NCBI GenBank assembly: GCA_033763315.1
Contig: JANRKS010000016.1
Coordinates: 1-64,000 of the forward strand
Reading direction: 5' to 3'
Source of the DNA: Deltaproteobacteria bacterium
GTDB taxonomy: Bacteria; Myxococcota_A; Polyangia; Fen-1088
DNA length: 64,000 bases
The notes beneath the pieces are model-generated. The model was not told where the DNA came from. It ran no database searches and worked only from the letters and a program-made list of their open reading frames with translations. Position 1 is the stretch's first letter. The number at the start of each line of letters is the position of its first letter. Both the position numbers and the translations under genes were made by a program. Of the stretch, positions 20,865 to 33,311 are shown one piece after another.

Positions 20865-21308
20865 ATGGCCGGCGGAACCGACGCATATCCGAACGAGGAC
20901 GAGGGGGGGCGGATGATCACGGAGATCAATGTCACCCCGTTGGTCGACATCGTGTTGGTGTTGCTGATCGTGTTTATGGTCACGACGACTTACATGGTGA
21001 ACCCGTCGCTGAAGGTGGATTTGCCGAAGGCGGCTTCCGGCAGCGAAACGCAAAAGAGTTCGTTGGCGTTGAGTTTGGACAAAGACGGCAAATTGTTTTT
21101 GAACGGCGAATCCGCGGATGAGACGAAGGTCAAAGCATTCATCGCTGCAGAATTGCCCAAAAATGCCGACTTACAGGCGGTGATTGCGGCGGACAAATCA
21201 GTGCCTCATGGCGACGTGGTGCACGTCATCGACGTGGTGAAACGGGCGGGCGTCAAGAAGTTCGCCATCAATGTAGAAGCGGCAGGAAACTCCGGTCTCG
21301 CCCCGTGA
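20865..21308 (+). CDS. exbD: ExbD/TolR family protein
   Basis: EINVTPLVDIVLVLLIVFMV, VDLPKA, IAADK.VPHG.V. Confidence 0.94.
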   Translation: MAGGTDAYPNEDEGGRMITEINVTPLVDIVLVLLIVFMVTTTYMVNPSLKVDLPKAASGSETQKSSLALSLDKDGKLFLNGESADETKVKAFIAAELPKNADLQAVIAADKSVPHGDVVHVIDVVKRAGVKKFAINVEAAGNSGLAP

Positions 21309-22099
21309 CAGGAACCAGCGCTGCACCAGCGCGTGTCACTCGACGCCAAGGAGGTGGGCTGGCGTTGACGGTCTCGTTGGCGGTGCACGCGGGGGTGGCC
21401 GCAATTTTATTCATCCTGCCAACCGCGGTTGTAAAGCCGGCGTCCCCCGAGGTTGTGGAATTGACTGTGGTGGAGCCGCGTCCAGCGCTGCCAGTTGATC
21501 CCGTCATGGAACCGCCTGCGCCAGCCCCCAAAGTGGTGGTTACGCCGAAGCCCACACCCCGCAAGCCGCCGCCCAAAGAGGCGCCGCCGCCCCCATCGAA
21601 CCAGCCCCCGGCCCCCACGCCTGAACCAGTGAAACCCGTCTTTGGTGTGACGCCCGAAAGCGTGGTCGAAGGACCTTCGCCAGTGGCCGTGCCCGTTGGC
21701 AACAGCGTGGCCATGGCACCCACGGGATCGACCGCGGCCAGCGCCAAGCCATCGCCAGGGTATGCGGGTGGTGCGCTTGGGGGAGCCGGGACGGCAGCAT
21801 TTGCGCCCGTTCCCGAAAGTTTTGTGCGTCAGTGGCCGAAAACCTTGGAGGAAGTAAAAGCGCCTTTACCTGACGAGGCCCGCCGGATGGATGGCAGCGG
21901 CACCGTGCGTTTGCGGGTGGGCATCGACGAAACCGGGCGGGTCAAAGAGGTGAAAGTGATTAAACGAGCTGGCTATGGCCTTGATGAGGCCGCCGTGAAA
22001 GCGATGTGGCGATTTCGGTTTTCCCCAGCGTTGGGACAAGACGGAAAGCCTGTGCCCTTTCGAATCAATTACGACTACATCTTCGCACCCGGCGCATGA
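21305..22099 (+). CDS. tonB: Energy transducer TonB
   Basis: TM with SLAVH motif, Pro-rich linker, TonB_C (GTVRLRVGIDETGRV, GLDEAA, RFSPA). Confidence 0.9.
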   Translation: MTGTSAAPARVTRRQGGGLALTVSLAVHAGVAAILFILPTAVVKPASPEVVELTVVEPRPALPVDPVMEPPAPAPKVVVTPKPTPRKPPPKEAPPPPSNQPPAPTPEPVKPVFGVTPESVVEGPSPVAVPVGNSVAMAPTGSTAASAKPSPGYAGGALGGAGTAAFAPVPESFVRQWPKTLEEVKAPLPDEARRMDGSGTVRLRVGIDETGRVKEVKVIKRAGYGLDEAAVKAMWRFRFSPALGQDGKPVPFRINYDYIFAPGA

Positions 22100-22173
22100 A
22101 CTTGAAGAAAATCATGGGAAGCGAACCTGGACATCGGACCTCAACGAGGGATATCCTGCCGCGAGAATCGAAC

Positions 22174-24072
22174 ATGGCGAACGCACAAGGTGGTCCGTTG
22201 AGGTATCTATCGGTTTTGTCGGGCTTGGGCGTTGTGTTAGCCACGGCTGCACCTGCGTGGGCGCAAGCACCAACCGACAAGTCCGTTGAAGTGCAGTTGT
22301 TCCAAACGGCAATTGGGCCAAAGGGCTTCTTGACCGTCGACAGTGCCTCGGTGCCTGCGCATAAGACGTTCGGGTTGGGGTTGTTTTTTAACTACCAACG
22401 CACGCCCTTCTCATTGTTCACAAGCACGGCGGGCAGCGAACTCAAGCAGTCTGTTGACGTCATTAAGCAACAGATCTCTGCGGAGCTTACCGGTGCCGTG
22501 GGCCTGTTCGATAAGATGCAAGTGGGCTTTGCCCTCCCAATGACGCTCAAGCTGGACGGGCGCGACTTTACAGCGTTGGGCCAGCCTGCCGAGCAGAAGC
22601 TCACGGGCGCGGGCTTGGGCGACCTGCGGGTTGAAGCCAAAGGCCTGCTTTCGCACACCACGTTTGGCGGCGATGAAGAGGGGCAAGGCAACAAAGATTT
22701 TTTCGTCAGCGGTGCGCTTGGGTTAACACTGCCCACCGGCGACGACAGCAAATTCTTGGGCGATAAGAGTGTGACCGTTCGCCCGCGGATCATCGCTGAG
22801 TTCCGGGACGGCGACATTCGCGCCGGCGGTTATGTTGGCGCCCTGTTTCGTAGCCAATCGCAGGTGTTCAAGGCCGATGTTAGCCACCAGTTCCTTTACG
22901 GTGTGGCCACGGAATACAGCCTTCACCGTCAGGTGTCGCTGATCGCGGAGCTTTTCGGCCGCAACGGCTTCAACCGATACGTTGACTCCAACCCCATGGA
23001 ATTGGATGTGGGCATGCGCGTGAAGGTCACGAGCATGTTCGCAATCACGCTGGGTGGCGGCGCGGGCCTCATCAAGGGCATCGGCTCTCCGAAAGCGCGC
23101 GGCTTCTTCGGCCTGGCCTACTACCCCGACTTTCGTGACGCCGACGCCGACGGTGTCTATGACCTCGACGATCGCTGCCCTGACGGCAAAGAAGACATGG
23201 ACGGGTTCAAGGACCGCGACGGTTGCCCTGATCCAGACAACGACGGTGACGGGATTGAAGATGGCGCCGACAAGTGCCCGACCGAAGCAGAAGATCTGGA
23301 TCAATTCGAAGACGAAGATGGCTGCCCCGAGGCCGACAACGACAAAGACGGCCTGCCCGACATCAAAGATCCATGCCCGAACGCAGCGGAAGACGGCCAA
23401 GGCAAACGTCCCACGGATGGATGCCCTTCAACGACGGAAGATTCTGACGGCGACGGTGTTGTGGATGCCAAAGATCAATGCGGCGAAGAGCCAGAAGATC
23501 GAGATGGCTTTCAAGATTACGACGGCTGCCCCGACGTGGACAACGACGACGATGGCATCCCGGATCAGTTCGACAGCTGCCCGATCGCCGCTGAAGACGC
23601 GGATGGTTTCTCCGACGAAGACGGCTGCCCTGATCCCGACAACGACAAAGACGGATTCTTGGACGCCAAGGATCAGTGCCCGACCGAACCTGAAACGCTC
23701 AACGGCAACAAAGATGAGGACGGTTGCCCCGACGCTGGTGCCGAGGTCGTGCATCTGGCCGACTCAGAAATCGAACTCAAAGAGCGCATCGCTTTCAAAG
23801 GCAACGCATTGGCGGCGCCAGGCCAGCTGATCGTCAACTTGGTGGCTTTGGTGCTTAACGGTCACCAAGAGCTCACTCTGGTGAGACTTGAAGTGACAGG
23901 CGCAACAGATGCCGAAGCGAAGGCACGGGCCGAAGCTGTGAAGAAAGCCCTGGTGGCCAAAGGCGTTGCCGATGCACGCTTGAAAGTGGCGGCCAAGACC
24001 GGCAAAGCGGCGGTGCAGTTCATCATTGAAACCAAGGCCGCTCCTCCAGGCGCGCCCACGGGGGGCCAGTAA
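22174..24072 (+). CDS. OM beta-barrel + thrombospondin type-3 repeats + OmpA-like domain (TraB-like architecture)
   Basis: Signal peptide ending AWA, barrel motifs (GLGDLR, LTLPTGD, ELFG), 12 DxDxD..D.CP half-repeats, degenerate OmpA-like tail. Start at ATG 22174. Confidence 0.85.
   Translation: MANAQGGPLRYLSVLSGLGVVLATAAPAWAQAPTDKSVEVQLFQTAIGPKGFLTVDSASVPAHKTFGLGLFFNYQRTPFSLFTSTAGSELKQSVDVIKQQISAELTGAVGLFDKMQVGFALPMTLKLDGRDFTALGQPAEQKLTGAGLGDLRVEAKGLLSHTTFGGDEEGQGNKDFFVSGALGLTLPTGDDSKFLGDKSVTVRPRIIAEFRDGDIRAGGYVGALFRSQSQVFKADVSHQFLYGVATEYSLHRQVSLIAELFGRNGFNRYVDSNPMELDVGMRVKVTSMFAITLGGGAGLIKGIGSPKARGFFGLAYYPDFRDADADGVYDLDDRCPDGKEDMDGFKDRDGCPDPDNDGDGIEDGADKCPTEAEDLDQFEDEDGCPEADNDKDGLPDIKDPCPNAAEDGQGKRPTDGCPSTTEDSDGDGVVDAKDQCGEEPEDRDGFQDYDGCPDVDNDDDGIPDQFDSCPIAAEDADGFSDEDGCPDPDNDKDGFLDAKDQCPTEPETLNGNKDEDGCPDAGAEVVHLADSEIELKERIAFKGNALAAPGQLIVNLVALVLNGHQELTLVRLEVTGATDAEAKARAEAVKKALVAKGVADARLKVAAKTGKAAVQFIIETKAAPPGAPTGGQ
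23137..23733 (+). repeat. TSP3 Ca2+-binding repeat array (6 pairs)
   Basis: Alternating DxDxDG..D..D.CP and D.DGF.D.DGCP units. Confidence 0.85.
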
Positions 24073-24126
24073 CCGGCAGGTCAAGAGGGCGGGTCCTCTG
24101 CCCCAGACACCGGTTCGGCAAGAATT

Positions 24127-24909
24127 ATGAAGGCGCGCGGATGGGCACTATCGGACGTGGGCCTCAAGCGGGAGCACAACGAGGACAGCTATCTGTGTAA
24201 CAACGATATCGGGTTGTTCGCGGTGGCCGATGGCATGGGGGGGCACCTGGGCGGCGAACGCGCAAGCCGCATGGCCGTGGATGTGATGGAACAGGAGATC
24301 GCCCGCGGTATCTCGCTGGGTGTCACCAAGACGGGCGAAGCGGTCCCAGCCATCACAGGCGTGCATCCGATCGCCAAGGCCATGCGTAACGCCGTCAATG
24401 AAGCCACGCGCGTGATTTGGCAAACCGCTCAGGTGCAACCGCAATACGCGGGCATGGGCACCACTTTGACAAGCTTGCTGCTGCACAAGGATCGCGCCAC
24501 GATCTGCCACGTGGGTGATTCGCGCGCGTACCTGCACCGCAATGGGCAGACGCGACAGCTCACAGACGATCATTCTTGGATCGCGGAGCAGATCCGGGCG
24601 GGTCTTGTGGATCCAAACGATCTCATCGCCACGCGCTTTCGCAACATCATCACGCGCTCCGTGGGTTTCGAGCCCACGGTTGACCCCGACCTTCTCACGA
24701 TGCCCATAGAAGTGGGCGATTGTTTCTTGATGTGCTCCGATGGCATGTCGAATTACTTCAGTGTGGAAGAAATCGGCAACATCTTGTCGACCCGCTTTTA
24801 CGCCGAAGCCTGCAAAACCCTGGTGGACACCGCGAACGAACGCGGCGGCGACGACAACATCACCGTCGTGGCCGTTTACCTGTCGAACGACGACGAAACG
24901 CCCGCCTAA
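24127..24909 (+). CDS. PP2C-family Ser/Thr phosphatase (Stp1/PrpC type)
   Basis: DVGLKREHNED, VADGMGGH, MGTT, HVGDSRAY, CSDG, GGDDNIT. Confidence 0.96.
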   Translation: MKARGWALSDVGLKREHNEDSYLCNNDIGLFAVADGMGGHLGGERASRMAVDVMEQEIARGISLGVTKTGEAVPAITGVHPIAKAMRNAVNEATRVIWQTAQVQPQYAGMGTTLTSLLLHKDRATICHVGDSRAYLHRNGQTRQLTDDHSWIAEQIRAGLVDPNDLIATRFRNIITRSVGFEPTVDPDLLTMPIEVGDCFLMCSDGMSNYFSVEEIGNILSTRFYAEACKTLVDTANERGGDDNITVVAVYLSNDDETPA

Positions 24910-24972
24910 CCACAGCCACCGCGTCGCAGGATGGCGCGCGGAGCCAGACGATGCTAACGAGAGTGTCACACC

Positions 24973-26871
24973 ATGGGTCTGCTCGACGTTTTTCGCCCCC
25001 GCTGGAAGCACAGCAATCCTGAAGTCCGTTTAGAAGCGGTCAAAACGCTAGATGACGATGAGGTCCTGGCGCAAGCCGCCTCGCGCGACGAAGACGATCG
25101 CATTCGCCGCTTGGCCATCAAGCAGCTCATCGATCCGTGGCGGCTGAAAAACGTGGCCAGTGTGCAGTCGGACGAGAAGCTGCGAGCGATGGCGTTGGGC
25201 CGCGCCCGCGAGCTCTTCGTTGAGATCGCACTTTCCGGCCGTGAGACCGAAGGCAGCGCCCTGGCAGCCGTGCGCGATCTCGACAGCCAAGAGCACCTGG
25301 CAGACATTGCCTTAAAGGCCACACGGGCTGCGGTGCGCACCCAGGCGCTCGATCTGGTGGTCGCCAAGGGCGCCTTGGTAAACATCGTTCGCAAATCCAC
25401 GGATCCAGAACTTCGGCGTTCCGCCGTGGCGCGGATCAAAGACACCGACACGCTGAAACTGCTGGCCTGCCAGGAGAAGGACACGCAGTTTGCGCCTTTG
25501 CTCCTCGATAGACTAAGCCAAGCCGAGCTCGTGGAAGTGGCCCACAAAGCCCGACACAAGCCGGTGGCCAAGATGGCGCGCCAGCGCGCGCACCTGGACG
25601 ACGAGAAGCCCGCTGCCAAAACCGCCGTTGGTGGTAAGGCGGTGGACCTTGAGGCACTCAAGCGGCACGCGCGGCAGTTTCAGCTGGCGCGTGAATTTGA
25701 AGCACTGGCCGAGCGAGCCAACCGCGCCGAAGAGGACGACGCCCGCCGCGCGCAAGACATGCAAGCCGAGTGGGCGGCCGTTGGCGCCGACGCTGAGATC
25801 GGCGTGCGGGTGCGTATCGAAAAGGCGTTCGAGCGCTGGAACCGCGTGTATGAGACGGCCGCTGAGGCCAAGCGCATCGCTGATCAGAAGCAGGCGGCCT
25901 CGCGCGCCTCTGCGAAGGCCAAAGCGCTGGCCGATCGCATGAGCGAACCAGAGCAGGCCGCCCCCGCACCGGCAGCCGCCGAGCCCCAGAGCGCCGAGGA
26001 CAGCGCCACGCCACCCGCGGCAGAGGCTGCACCCAAAGACGCGACTGCGCCCAAACCAGAGCGACCGGCACTCTCACCCGAGATGGTGGAGGCTGAGGTG
26101 GCTGCGCTGACGACCCTGAAGACGCAGTTGCAGGTGGCGGTTCAAAGCGATCGCCTCCGCCTGCTGGACGCGGGCTTGAAGGAGCTGCGTAACGCTGACC
26201 GACGGCTCTCGCGGTTGCCGCCGCAAACACGAGACGCCTTGGCGGCGGAGTTTGCTGGGCTGAAGAGCGACCTCACCAAGCGCATCGCGGAAGTGAAGCA
26301 GGGTGAAGAGTGGAAGCGTTGGGTGAATGTGCAGCGTCTGGAAAAGCTGTGCGTTCAAGTGGAAGTGCTTCGCGATGTGTTGCCGGAATTCCCAGACAAA
26401 GAACAAGCGCCCGCGGAGTTGGCGACCCTCAAAGCCGCGTGGCGAGCGAGCACGGGCCCCGTTCCGCCGGCCAAGCGAGACGAACTGTGGACGCGCTTTA
26501 AGACCGCGTGCGACGCTGTGATGACAATCGTGGTTAAGAGCCGCCCGGGGGCCGCGGAAGCCGAACCTGCGGCAACGGAAGACGCGTCCGCAGTCGCAAG
26601 CACTGACAACGGCAACGCTGCCCAAGCAACAAGCGCGGCAGCCACGATTGCTGACGCCGCCACGGTGCACAGCGAACGCACTGTGGAAGTGCCGCCAAGC
26701 AAAACGGAGGCGTTGGGGGAATTGGTGGCAAAGCACGAACCAGACGCCTCGGTTCACACGGAGCGGACGGTTGAGGCCGCGCCACGACCAGCTGAGGAGA
26801 CCACGGCCGTTCCCGCGAACGAAGTCTCGCCGCAGGCTGGCGCTTCCGACGACGGCCCCACCAAAGGTTAA
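24973..26871 (+). CDS. Helical-repeat protein with a DUF349-like segment and low-complexity tail
   Basis: PRWKHSNPEVRLEAV HEAT-like start; W.RW.N...E.LC and GPVP...ELWTRFK.ACD; Ala/Thr/Glu-rich C-terminus. Confidence 0.75.
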   Translation: MGLLDVFRPRWKHSNPEVRLEAVKTLDDDEVLAQAASRDEDDRIRRLAIKQLIDPWRLKNVASVQSDEKLRAMALGRARELFVEIALSGRETEGSALAAVRDLDSQEHLADIALKATRAAVRTQALDLVVAKGALVNIVRKSTDPELRRSAVARIKDTDTLKLLACQEKDTQFAPLLLDRLSQAELVEVAHKARHKPVAKMARQRAHLDDEKPAAKTAVGGKAVDLEALKRHARQFQLAREFEALAERANRAEEDDARRAQDMQAEWAAVGADAEIGVRVRIEKAFERWNRVYETAAEAKRIADQKQAASRASAKAKALADRMSEPEQAAPAPAAAEPQSAEDSATPPAAEAAPKDATAPKPERPALSPEMVEAEVAALTTLKTQLQVAVQSDRLRLLDAGLKELRNADRRLSRLPPQTRDALAAEFAGLKSDLTKRIAEVKQGEEWKRWVNVQRLEKLCVQVEVLRDVLPEFPDKEQAPAELATLKAAWRASTGPVPPAKRDELWTRFKTACDAVMTIVVKSRPGAAEAEPAATEDASAVASTDNGNAAQATSAAATIADAATVHSERTVEVPPSKTEALGELVAKHEPDASVHTERTVEAAPRPAEETTAVPANEVSPQAGASDDGPTKG

Positions 26872-26892
26872 GAAGCCAAGACACCAGCCGGG

Positions 26893-28374
26893 CTAAACGG
26901 TGCGGCTGGTGTGCTCTTTGCCGTCGTAGCTCAGCATCCGTTTCTTCTCTTCAACGACGGTGACCAGGTGCACGGGGCGCCGCCAAATGCGCTGCAACGC
27001 CTCCATCGACGCGTGCGCGTTGTCGATGTGCAGGTCAGTGCCTTCGTGTTTGTGGCGCAACAATAGATCGCCGCGGTTTTCGTGGTTGGCGTCTTCCACA
27101 GCAATGAATGGTTCGCCGAAGTTCGTCAGCTGGGACAAGATCTTGTTTTTGATCTTCTTAAATTCGCGCGAATCGATCTCGTTGCGCTCGGTGCGTTCGT
27201 TGAACGAAAACGAGAAGAACTTGCTGTCGTTGCAGAACTCTTCAGTGAAGAACTCGTCCAGGAAGGTGACGTCGTTGTAGATCTTGCGGACCTCGAAGAT
27301 CTTCTGGCGGCCCAACCCAAGCCGCTTGTCCCAGTTCTTGCGCTCGGCCATGTCCTGGCAGTCGTTCCACTCAGAGCCGAAACGCCCTTTATCCCAGCGC
27401 TCTTCAATGTGCCGGTACAACTCGATGCCAACTTTGTAAGGGTTGAACTGACCCGGGGCCGCCGATAACACAGCAGAGTTGTGGTCGGCGTAGTCGATGA
27501 TCTCCGATGGTTTGAGAGCCTTCTGGGTCATGATCTTGGTGTGCCAGTAGGAGGCCCAGCCTTCGTTCATGATTTTGGTTTGTCGCTGCGGAGCGAAGTA
27601 ATAAGCTTCGTCGCGCACGATCTCCAAAATGTCGCGCTCCCAAACCTCCAGCGGTGCGTGCTCCAATAGGAATGCGAGCACGTCTCGCTGTGGTTCAGGC
27701 GGGAACTTCTTGGGCTTTTCCTTCTCGGCTTCCATCTTACGCTTTTGCGCTTCCATGAATTCCGGCGGGTTGATGAAGCCGTCCATATAGGATTTGGCAC
27801 GTAACTTCGGCGTCTCTTGCGGCTCGTCGGCCTTCTTGGCCTCATCCTTCTTTGGCGATGTGCGCGTGATAAACGGCGACATCGGATCGATGAGGTTCTC
27901 AAGGCACAAGCACGTATCGATGAACGATTCGACCTTATCGAGACCGATGCGCTCGATGTGGCGGCGCACACGCGTGGCGTGATTGGCCATGCCATCGATC
28001 ATGCGGCGGTTGGTTTTGGAAAAATAGTAGTTGTTCTTGAAGAAGTCGACGTGGCCCAAAACGTGAGCCACCACCATCTTCTGATCAACGAGCGAGTTGC
28101 CCTCAAGCAAATAGGCATAAGAGGGGTTGTTGTTGATCACCATCTCGTAGATGTGTGACAACCCATAAGTGTGGCTTTTGTCGAGCTGCTCGAAATCCAT
28201 GCCAAACCGCCAGTGCGGGTAACGCACAGGGAAGCCGCCAAACGCGGCCACTTCCTGCATGCGTTTGTAATCGAGGATCTCGAACCGCGTCTCCCAAAAA
28301 TCGAGACCGTACTCGCGTGCGTAGCCTTCGATCTCTTTTTGGATGTCAACGAGGTATGCCGGTAAGCCCGCCAC
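26893..28374 (-). CDS. spoVR: SpoVR family protein
   Basis: [53 protein letters not shown]. Confidence 0.96.
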   Translation of the reverse strand: MAGLPAYLVDIQKEIEGYAREYGLDFWETRFEILDYKRMQEVAAFGGFPVRYPHWRFGMDFEQLDKSHTYGLSHIYEMVINNNPSYAYLLEGNSLVDQKMVVAHVLGHVDFFKNNYYFSKTNRRMIDGMANHATRVRRHIERIGLDKVESFIDTCLCLENLIDPMSPFITRTSPKKDEAKKADEPQETPKLRAKSYMDGFINPPEFMEAQKRKMEAEKEKPKKFPPEPQRDVLAFLLEHAPLEVWERDILEIVRDEAYYFAPQRQTKIMNEGWASYWHTKIMTQKALKPSEIIDYADHNSAVLSAAPGQFNPYKVGIELYRHIEERWDKGRFGSEWNDCQDMAERKNWDKRLGLGRQKIFEVRKIYNDVTFLDEFFTEEFCNDSKFFSFSFNERTERNEIDSREFKKIKNKILSQLTNFGEPFIAVEDANHENRGDLLLRHKHEGTDLHIDNAHASMEALQRIWRRPVHLVTVVEEKKRMLSYDGKEHTSRTV

Positions 28375-28392
28375 GGTGGCTCCTTCCTGCGA

Positions 28393-29511
<1,119 letters not shown>

Positions 29512-29542
29512 GAGGAAGGCCTCGTTTCCCTAAGGAAGGTGA

Positions 29543-31600
29543 TTACCCCCGTGCATCGCCGCGGGCAAAGATGCTGGCCACGAAATTCAGAACGTCCGTG
29601 GCGCAAATCTCGCAATAGCCATAGTTGCGAATCATGCGGTTCTTGACCACGTCGATCTTCTCTTGCGTGTCGCGGTCGATCACCGCCGACACCAAGCTGG
29701 TGAGTTTGATCGAGTCTTTCTGATCCTCGAACAACTTCAGCTCAAGGGCCTTTTGCAAGCGTTCGTTGGTGCGGAAGTCGAAGTGCTTGCCTTCGATCGC
29801 TAGCGCACCGATGTAATTCATGATCTCGCGGCGGAACTCGTCCTTGCGGGATTCAGGAATGTCGATCTTTTCTTCAATCGACCGCATCAAGCGTTCATCG
29901 GGCTCTTCATCTTGCCCGGTGTACTTGTTCTTCACCCGTTCTTTTTGGGTGTAGGCTTTGATGTTGTCGATGTAGTTCGCGCACAACTTCGCGATGGCTT
30001 CTTCGTCGGCGCTGATGGCACGCTGGACTTCATTTTTGACGATGTCCTCGTACTCTTGCTTCACCACGCCAAGCAGCATGGTGTAACGCTTGCGTTCATC
30101 TTCGTTCGTGATCAACGAGTGGTGGCGCAAGCCACTTTCAAGTTCGTTCATGACCATGAACGGGTTCACGCAGCCTTCGCCTTGGTCGCTCACCAACGCA
30201 TTCGAGATCTTGTCCTGAACGTAGCGAGGTGAAACGCCGCCCATGCCCTCGCGGCTGGCTTCCTTGCGCAACTCCTTGATGTTGTCTTGCGTGAAACCAG
30301 GCAACGACTTGCCATCATAGAGCTTCAGCTTTTGCACGAGGCTGAGCTGGTGCTTCTTCGGATCTTCAAGCCGCGTGAGCACAGCCCACATCGACGCCGT
30401 TTCCACCGTGTGGGGCGCGATGTGTTTGCCTTTGATCTTGTTGGCGTTGAAGTCTTTTTCGTAGATGCGCTTTTCTTCGGTTAGCTTCGTGATGTACGGG
30501 ATATCGATCTTCACCGTACGATCGCGCAGAGCTTCCATGAACTCGTTCGTCAACAACTTGCGGTATTCCGCCTCGTTGGTGTGACCCAAGATCACCTCGT
30601 CAATGTCTGTTTGAGCGAACTTCTTCGGCTTGATCTTGTGCTCTTGAGACGCCCCCAAAAGGTCGTACAAGAACGCCACGTCAAGCTTGAGCACCTCGAT
30701 GAACTCGATGATGCCACGGTTGGCGATGTTGAATTCGCCGTCGAAATTGAAGGCACGCGGATCGCTGTCGGAACCAAATTCGGCAATCTTGCGGTAGTTA
30801 ATATCGCCCGTGAGTTCTGTGGAGTCTTGGTTCTTTTCGTCTTTGGGTTGAAATGTTCCGATGCCCACGCGGTCTTGTTCGGACAACAGCAGGCGCCGCA
30901 CTTTGACGTGCTTGATCACCTGGCTCCAGTCGCCCTCGTAGTGCTTCATCAGCTCGCGGAAAATGAGCCGGCACGCGGGGTTCAGATCACCTTCCACCAC
31001 CACGCGGCGGTGCTCGGGCGTGTTGATGCCCATTTCGATAAGCGCGGTCTCTCGCCACTCATGTGGAATCAACTTGAGCGGCTCTTCGTTCATGGGTGAA
31101 CGAAACACAGCGTGGCCGCCCGCAATTTGTTGCAGCCCCTCGGGCAACACCCATTCATAGGTGTAAAGCGCGCCTTCGGGGCGGCGCGAGTATTCTTCCA
31201 AACCGCGTTTGAGTGAGCGCGCGATCGTGGACTTAGAGCTGCCCACGGGCCCGTGCAACAAGATCACGCGGCGTTCAGTGCCGTAACCTTGCGCCGCGCT
31301 CTTGAATACGTTCACAAGCCGCATCAGCGGAATGTCGAGGCCGTAAACAGCGTCGCGTCCGCCGTGCTGCTCGTCTTTGAAGAAGTTGTAGCGCAGAAGG
31401 CGCTTCTTGTTGTCGATGTACTCTTCCGTCCCGAAGGACAAGATCATGTCGTAGAGCCGCTGGAACGCCGTGCGCGTTACCGCAGGGTTCTTGCGAACAA
31501 CATCGAGGTACTCATCGAACGTTCCTGTCCAGTTCAGCTCCGCGTACGCCTTGCGGTCGGCAAGGCTTGCGATCTTGTGGATCAAGGATTGCTCTGCCAT
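29543..31600 (-). CDS. prkA: PrkA/YeaG family AAA+ protein
   Basis: [51 protein letters not shown]. Confidence 0.96.
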   Translation of the reverse strand: MAEQSLIHKIASLADRKAYAELNWTGTFDEYLDVVRKNPAVTRTAFQRLYDMILSFGTEEYIDNKKRLLRYNFFKDEQHGGRDAVYGLDIPLMRLVNVFKSAAQGYGTERRVILLHGPVGSSKSTIARSLKRGLEEYSRRPEGALYTYEWVLPEGLQQIAGGHAVFRSPMNEEPLKLIPHEWRETALIEMGINTPEHRRVVVEGDLNPACRLIFRELMKHYEGDWSQVIKHVKVRRLLLSEQDRVGIGTFQPKDEKNQDSTELTGDINYRKIAEFGSDSDPRAFNFDGEFNIANRGIIEFIEVLKLDVAFLYDLLGASQEHKIKPKKFAQTDIDEVILGHTNEAEYRKLLTNEFMEALRDRTVKIDIPYITKLTEEKRIYEKDFNANKIKGKHIAPHTVETASMWAVLTRLEDPKKHQLSLVQKLKLYDGKSLPGFTQDNIKELRKEASREGMGGVSPRYVQDKISNALVSDQGEGCVNPFMVMNELESGLRHHSLITNEDERKRYTMLLGVVKQEYEDIVKNEVQRAISADEEAIAKLCANYIDNIKAYTQKERVKNKYTGQDEEPDERLMRSIEEKIDIPESRKDEFRREIMNYIGALAIEGKHFDFRTNERLQKALELKLFEDQKDSIKLTSLVSAVIDRDTQEKIDVVKNRMIRNYGYCEICATDVLNFVASIFARGDARG

Positions 31601-31741
31601 CGATACTCCTTCCGGCCTAAGCCGGTCGTGCGAACGGTCGCCACATCTGCCCCAACACCTAGTGTCAGTGTATCACGCAAGATGTAAATCTCTTGAATTC
31701 TTGTTTTGCGAACAAGAACGCCGATGTGCAAACGGCTTTTT

Positions 31742-32875
31742 TTAGGGGCCGTCTGCTGTAGGCAACGCCTTGCCGCCGCGTTGGAACTTAACCACATTGG
31801 TCTCGTGTTCTTGCCGGGTGGCAGAAAACACGTGCGTGCCGTCGTTGCGTGAAACGAAGTACAAAAACGCGCTGCCATCGGGCTTCATCACCGCCTGCAG
31901 CGCTTCGCGGCCAGGGTTTGAGATGGGTCCGGGAGGTAGGCCTTCGTGGGCGTAAGTGCTGTAGAGGTTATCCTTGTCGTCCAGATGAATGCGACGAATG
32001 CGGTCGGTAAACTTCGCGCACGCTTCGGACGATTTGCCGAGGAACCGCGGCGCCACCAAACAGCCGTAGACGATCGTGGGATCCGTCTGCAAAAGATGCG
32101 GAACAAAGGTGGGCAAGGTCAACCGATTGATGAAGACCTGCGCGATGCGCGGGCGCTCGTGCGGCTGTCCCGTTTCCTTTTCCACAATGCTTGCCATGGT
32201 GACGATTTCGGCGTCACCCCACTGCAACTGTTTCTGCAGTGAAGCCAAATCGTTCACGTGTTTCGCGCGCAGCTCTTCGTAGACCTCCCGGTGGCGGCGT
32301 ACCAGAGTGACCAGCACCTTTTCCGCGTCCGTGCCGGCGGCTAGCTTGTACGTGTCTGGGAACAAATAGCCTTCTACGGTCAGCCCCGGCAGCCCGAGCG
32401 TGCGGGCAAACGCGGCGTCCATTCCCTTGGCAGCCATCTTCGCCGCGTCCGTCACTTTGGCCGCACCGAAGATCTCGGCCACTTCAAGCATGTTCTTGCC
32501 CTCGGGCACGGTGACAGCGATCAGCTCGTCAACAGCGCCCTTCACCAATATATCAATCAGCGCTCGCGGCGTTGTGGGCGCGTCGATCTCGTAGCGCCCC
32601 GCTTTGAACCGACTGGCGGCCCCTCGCTGGCTGGCATAGAGCCGAAACAAGGTGGGGTGGTCCAGCAAGCCAGCACGGTGAAGGTTGTTGCCCACCTGGC
32701 CTGCGGATTCGCCCTTCGCAATCACAAACTCGAGCCGGCCTTGCGCTCGGCCGCCGAAGCGTTCGGGATATGTGAAGAATTTGTAAGCTAAGACACCTAC
32801 GACTGCCAGGCCAGCAACCGTGGTGATAACGAACACGCGAAACGCGCGCATCATCGCACTGGGTTTGTTCTTCAA
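31742..32875 (-). CDS. mltG: Endolytic transglycosylase MltG
   Basis: N-terminal TM, VTVPEG, EGYLFPDTY, ASIVEKET, LQTDPT, GLPPGPISNPG, LYFV. Confidence 0.95.
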   Translation of the reverse strand: MKNKPSAMMRAFRVFVITTVAGLAVVGVLAYKFFTYPERFGGRAQGRLEFVIAKGESAGQVGNNLHRAGLLDHPTLFRLYASQRGAASRFKAGRYEIDAPTTPRALIDILVKGAVDELIAVTVPEGKNMLEVAEIFGAAKVTDAAKMAAKGMDAAFARTLGLPGLTVEGYLFPDTYKLAAGTDAEKVLVTLVRRHREVYEELRAKHVNDLASLQKQLQWGDAEIVTMASIVEKETGQPHERPRIAQVFINRLTLPTFVPHLLQTDPTIVYGCLVAPRFLGKSSEACAKFTDRIRRIHLDDKDNLYSTYAHEGLPPGPISNPGREALQAVMKPDGSAFLYFVSRNDGTHVFSATRQEHETNVVKFQRGGKALPTADGP

Positions 32876-32882
32876 AGCGAAA

Positions 32883-33311
32883 TCACCGGTGTGTATCTAA
32901 CCAACGTTGCAAAATGACCGCGGCGGCCACTTGATCTATCACTTGCTTGCGGCGCGCCCGAGACAAGTCTGCCTCAAGCAGAACCGCCTGGGCTTCTACC
33001 GTGGAAAAGCTTTCGTCGACCAGTTCGACGGGGAGACCAAACGCCGCCTCCAAACGCGCCGCAAAGGCACGCGCGCCTTTGGCCGCCCGCCCCTCCTCGA
33101 TGGCGTCCCCCGTGGGGTCGGGATTCAACGGCAGGCCGAGGACAATGCGTTCCACTTCGTACTCTTTGACGAAGCGGCCAATGGCATCCAAATCGCGCTG
33201 GCCTCCGTGCCGATCAATCGTTTTGAGCGGGTGCGCGGCCATCCCCAAGGCGTCAGATACCGCCACGCCAATGCGACGACTGCCCAGATCAATCGCCAGC
33301 GAGCGACCCAT
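32883..33311 (-). CDS. ruvX: YqgF/RuvX pre-16S rRNA nuclease
   Basis: AIDLGSRRIGVAVSD, VLGLP, VDESFST, IDQVAAAVILQ. Confidence 0.94.
   Translation of the reverse strand: MGRSLAIDLGSRRIGVAVSDALGMAAHPLKTIDRHGGQRDLDAIGRFVKEYEVERIVLGLPLNPDPTGDAIEEGRAAKGARAFAARLEAAFGLPVELVDESFSTVEAQAVLLEADLSRARRKQVIDQVAAAVILQRWLDTHR

Noticed and set aside
23054-23830. Long alternative-frame and antisense ORFs, here and throughout (e.g. 45454-46347, 51803-52543, 59539-60387)
   Set aside because: These are expected shadows of GC-rich codon bias over clearly identified genes, with no motifs or RBS.
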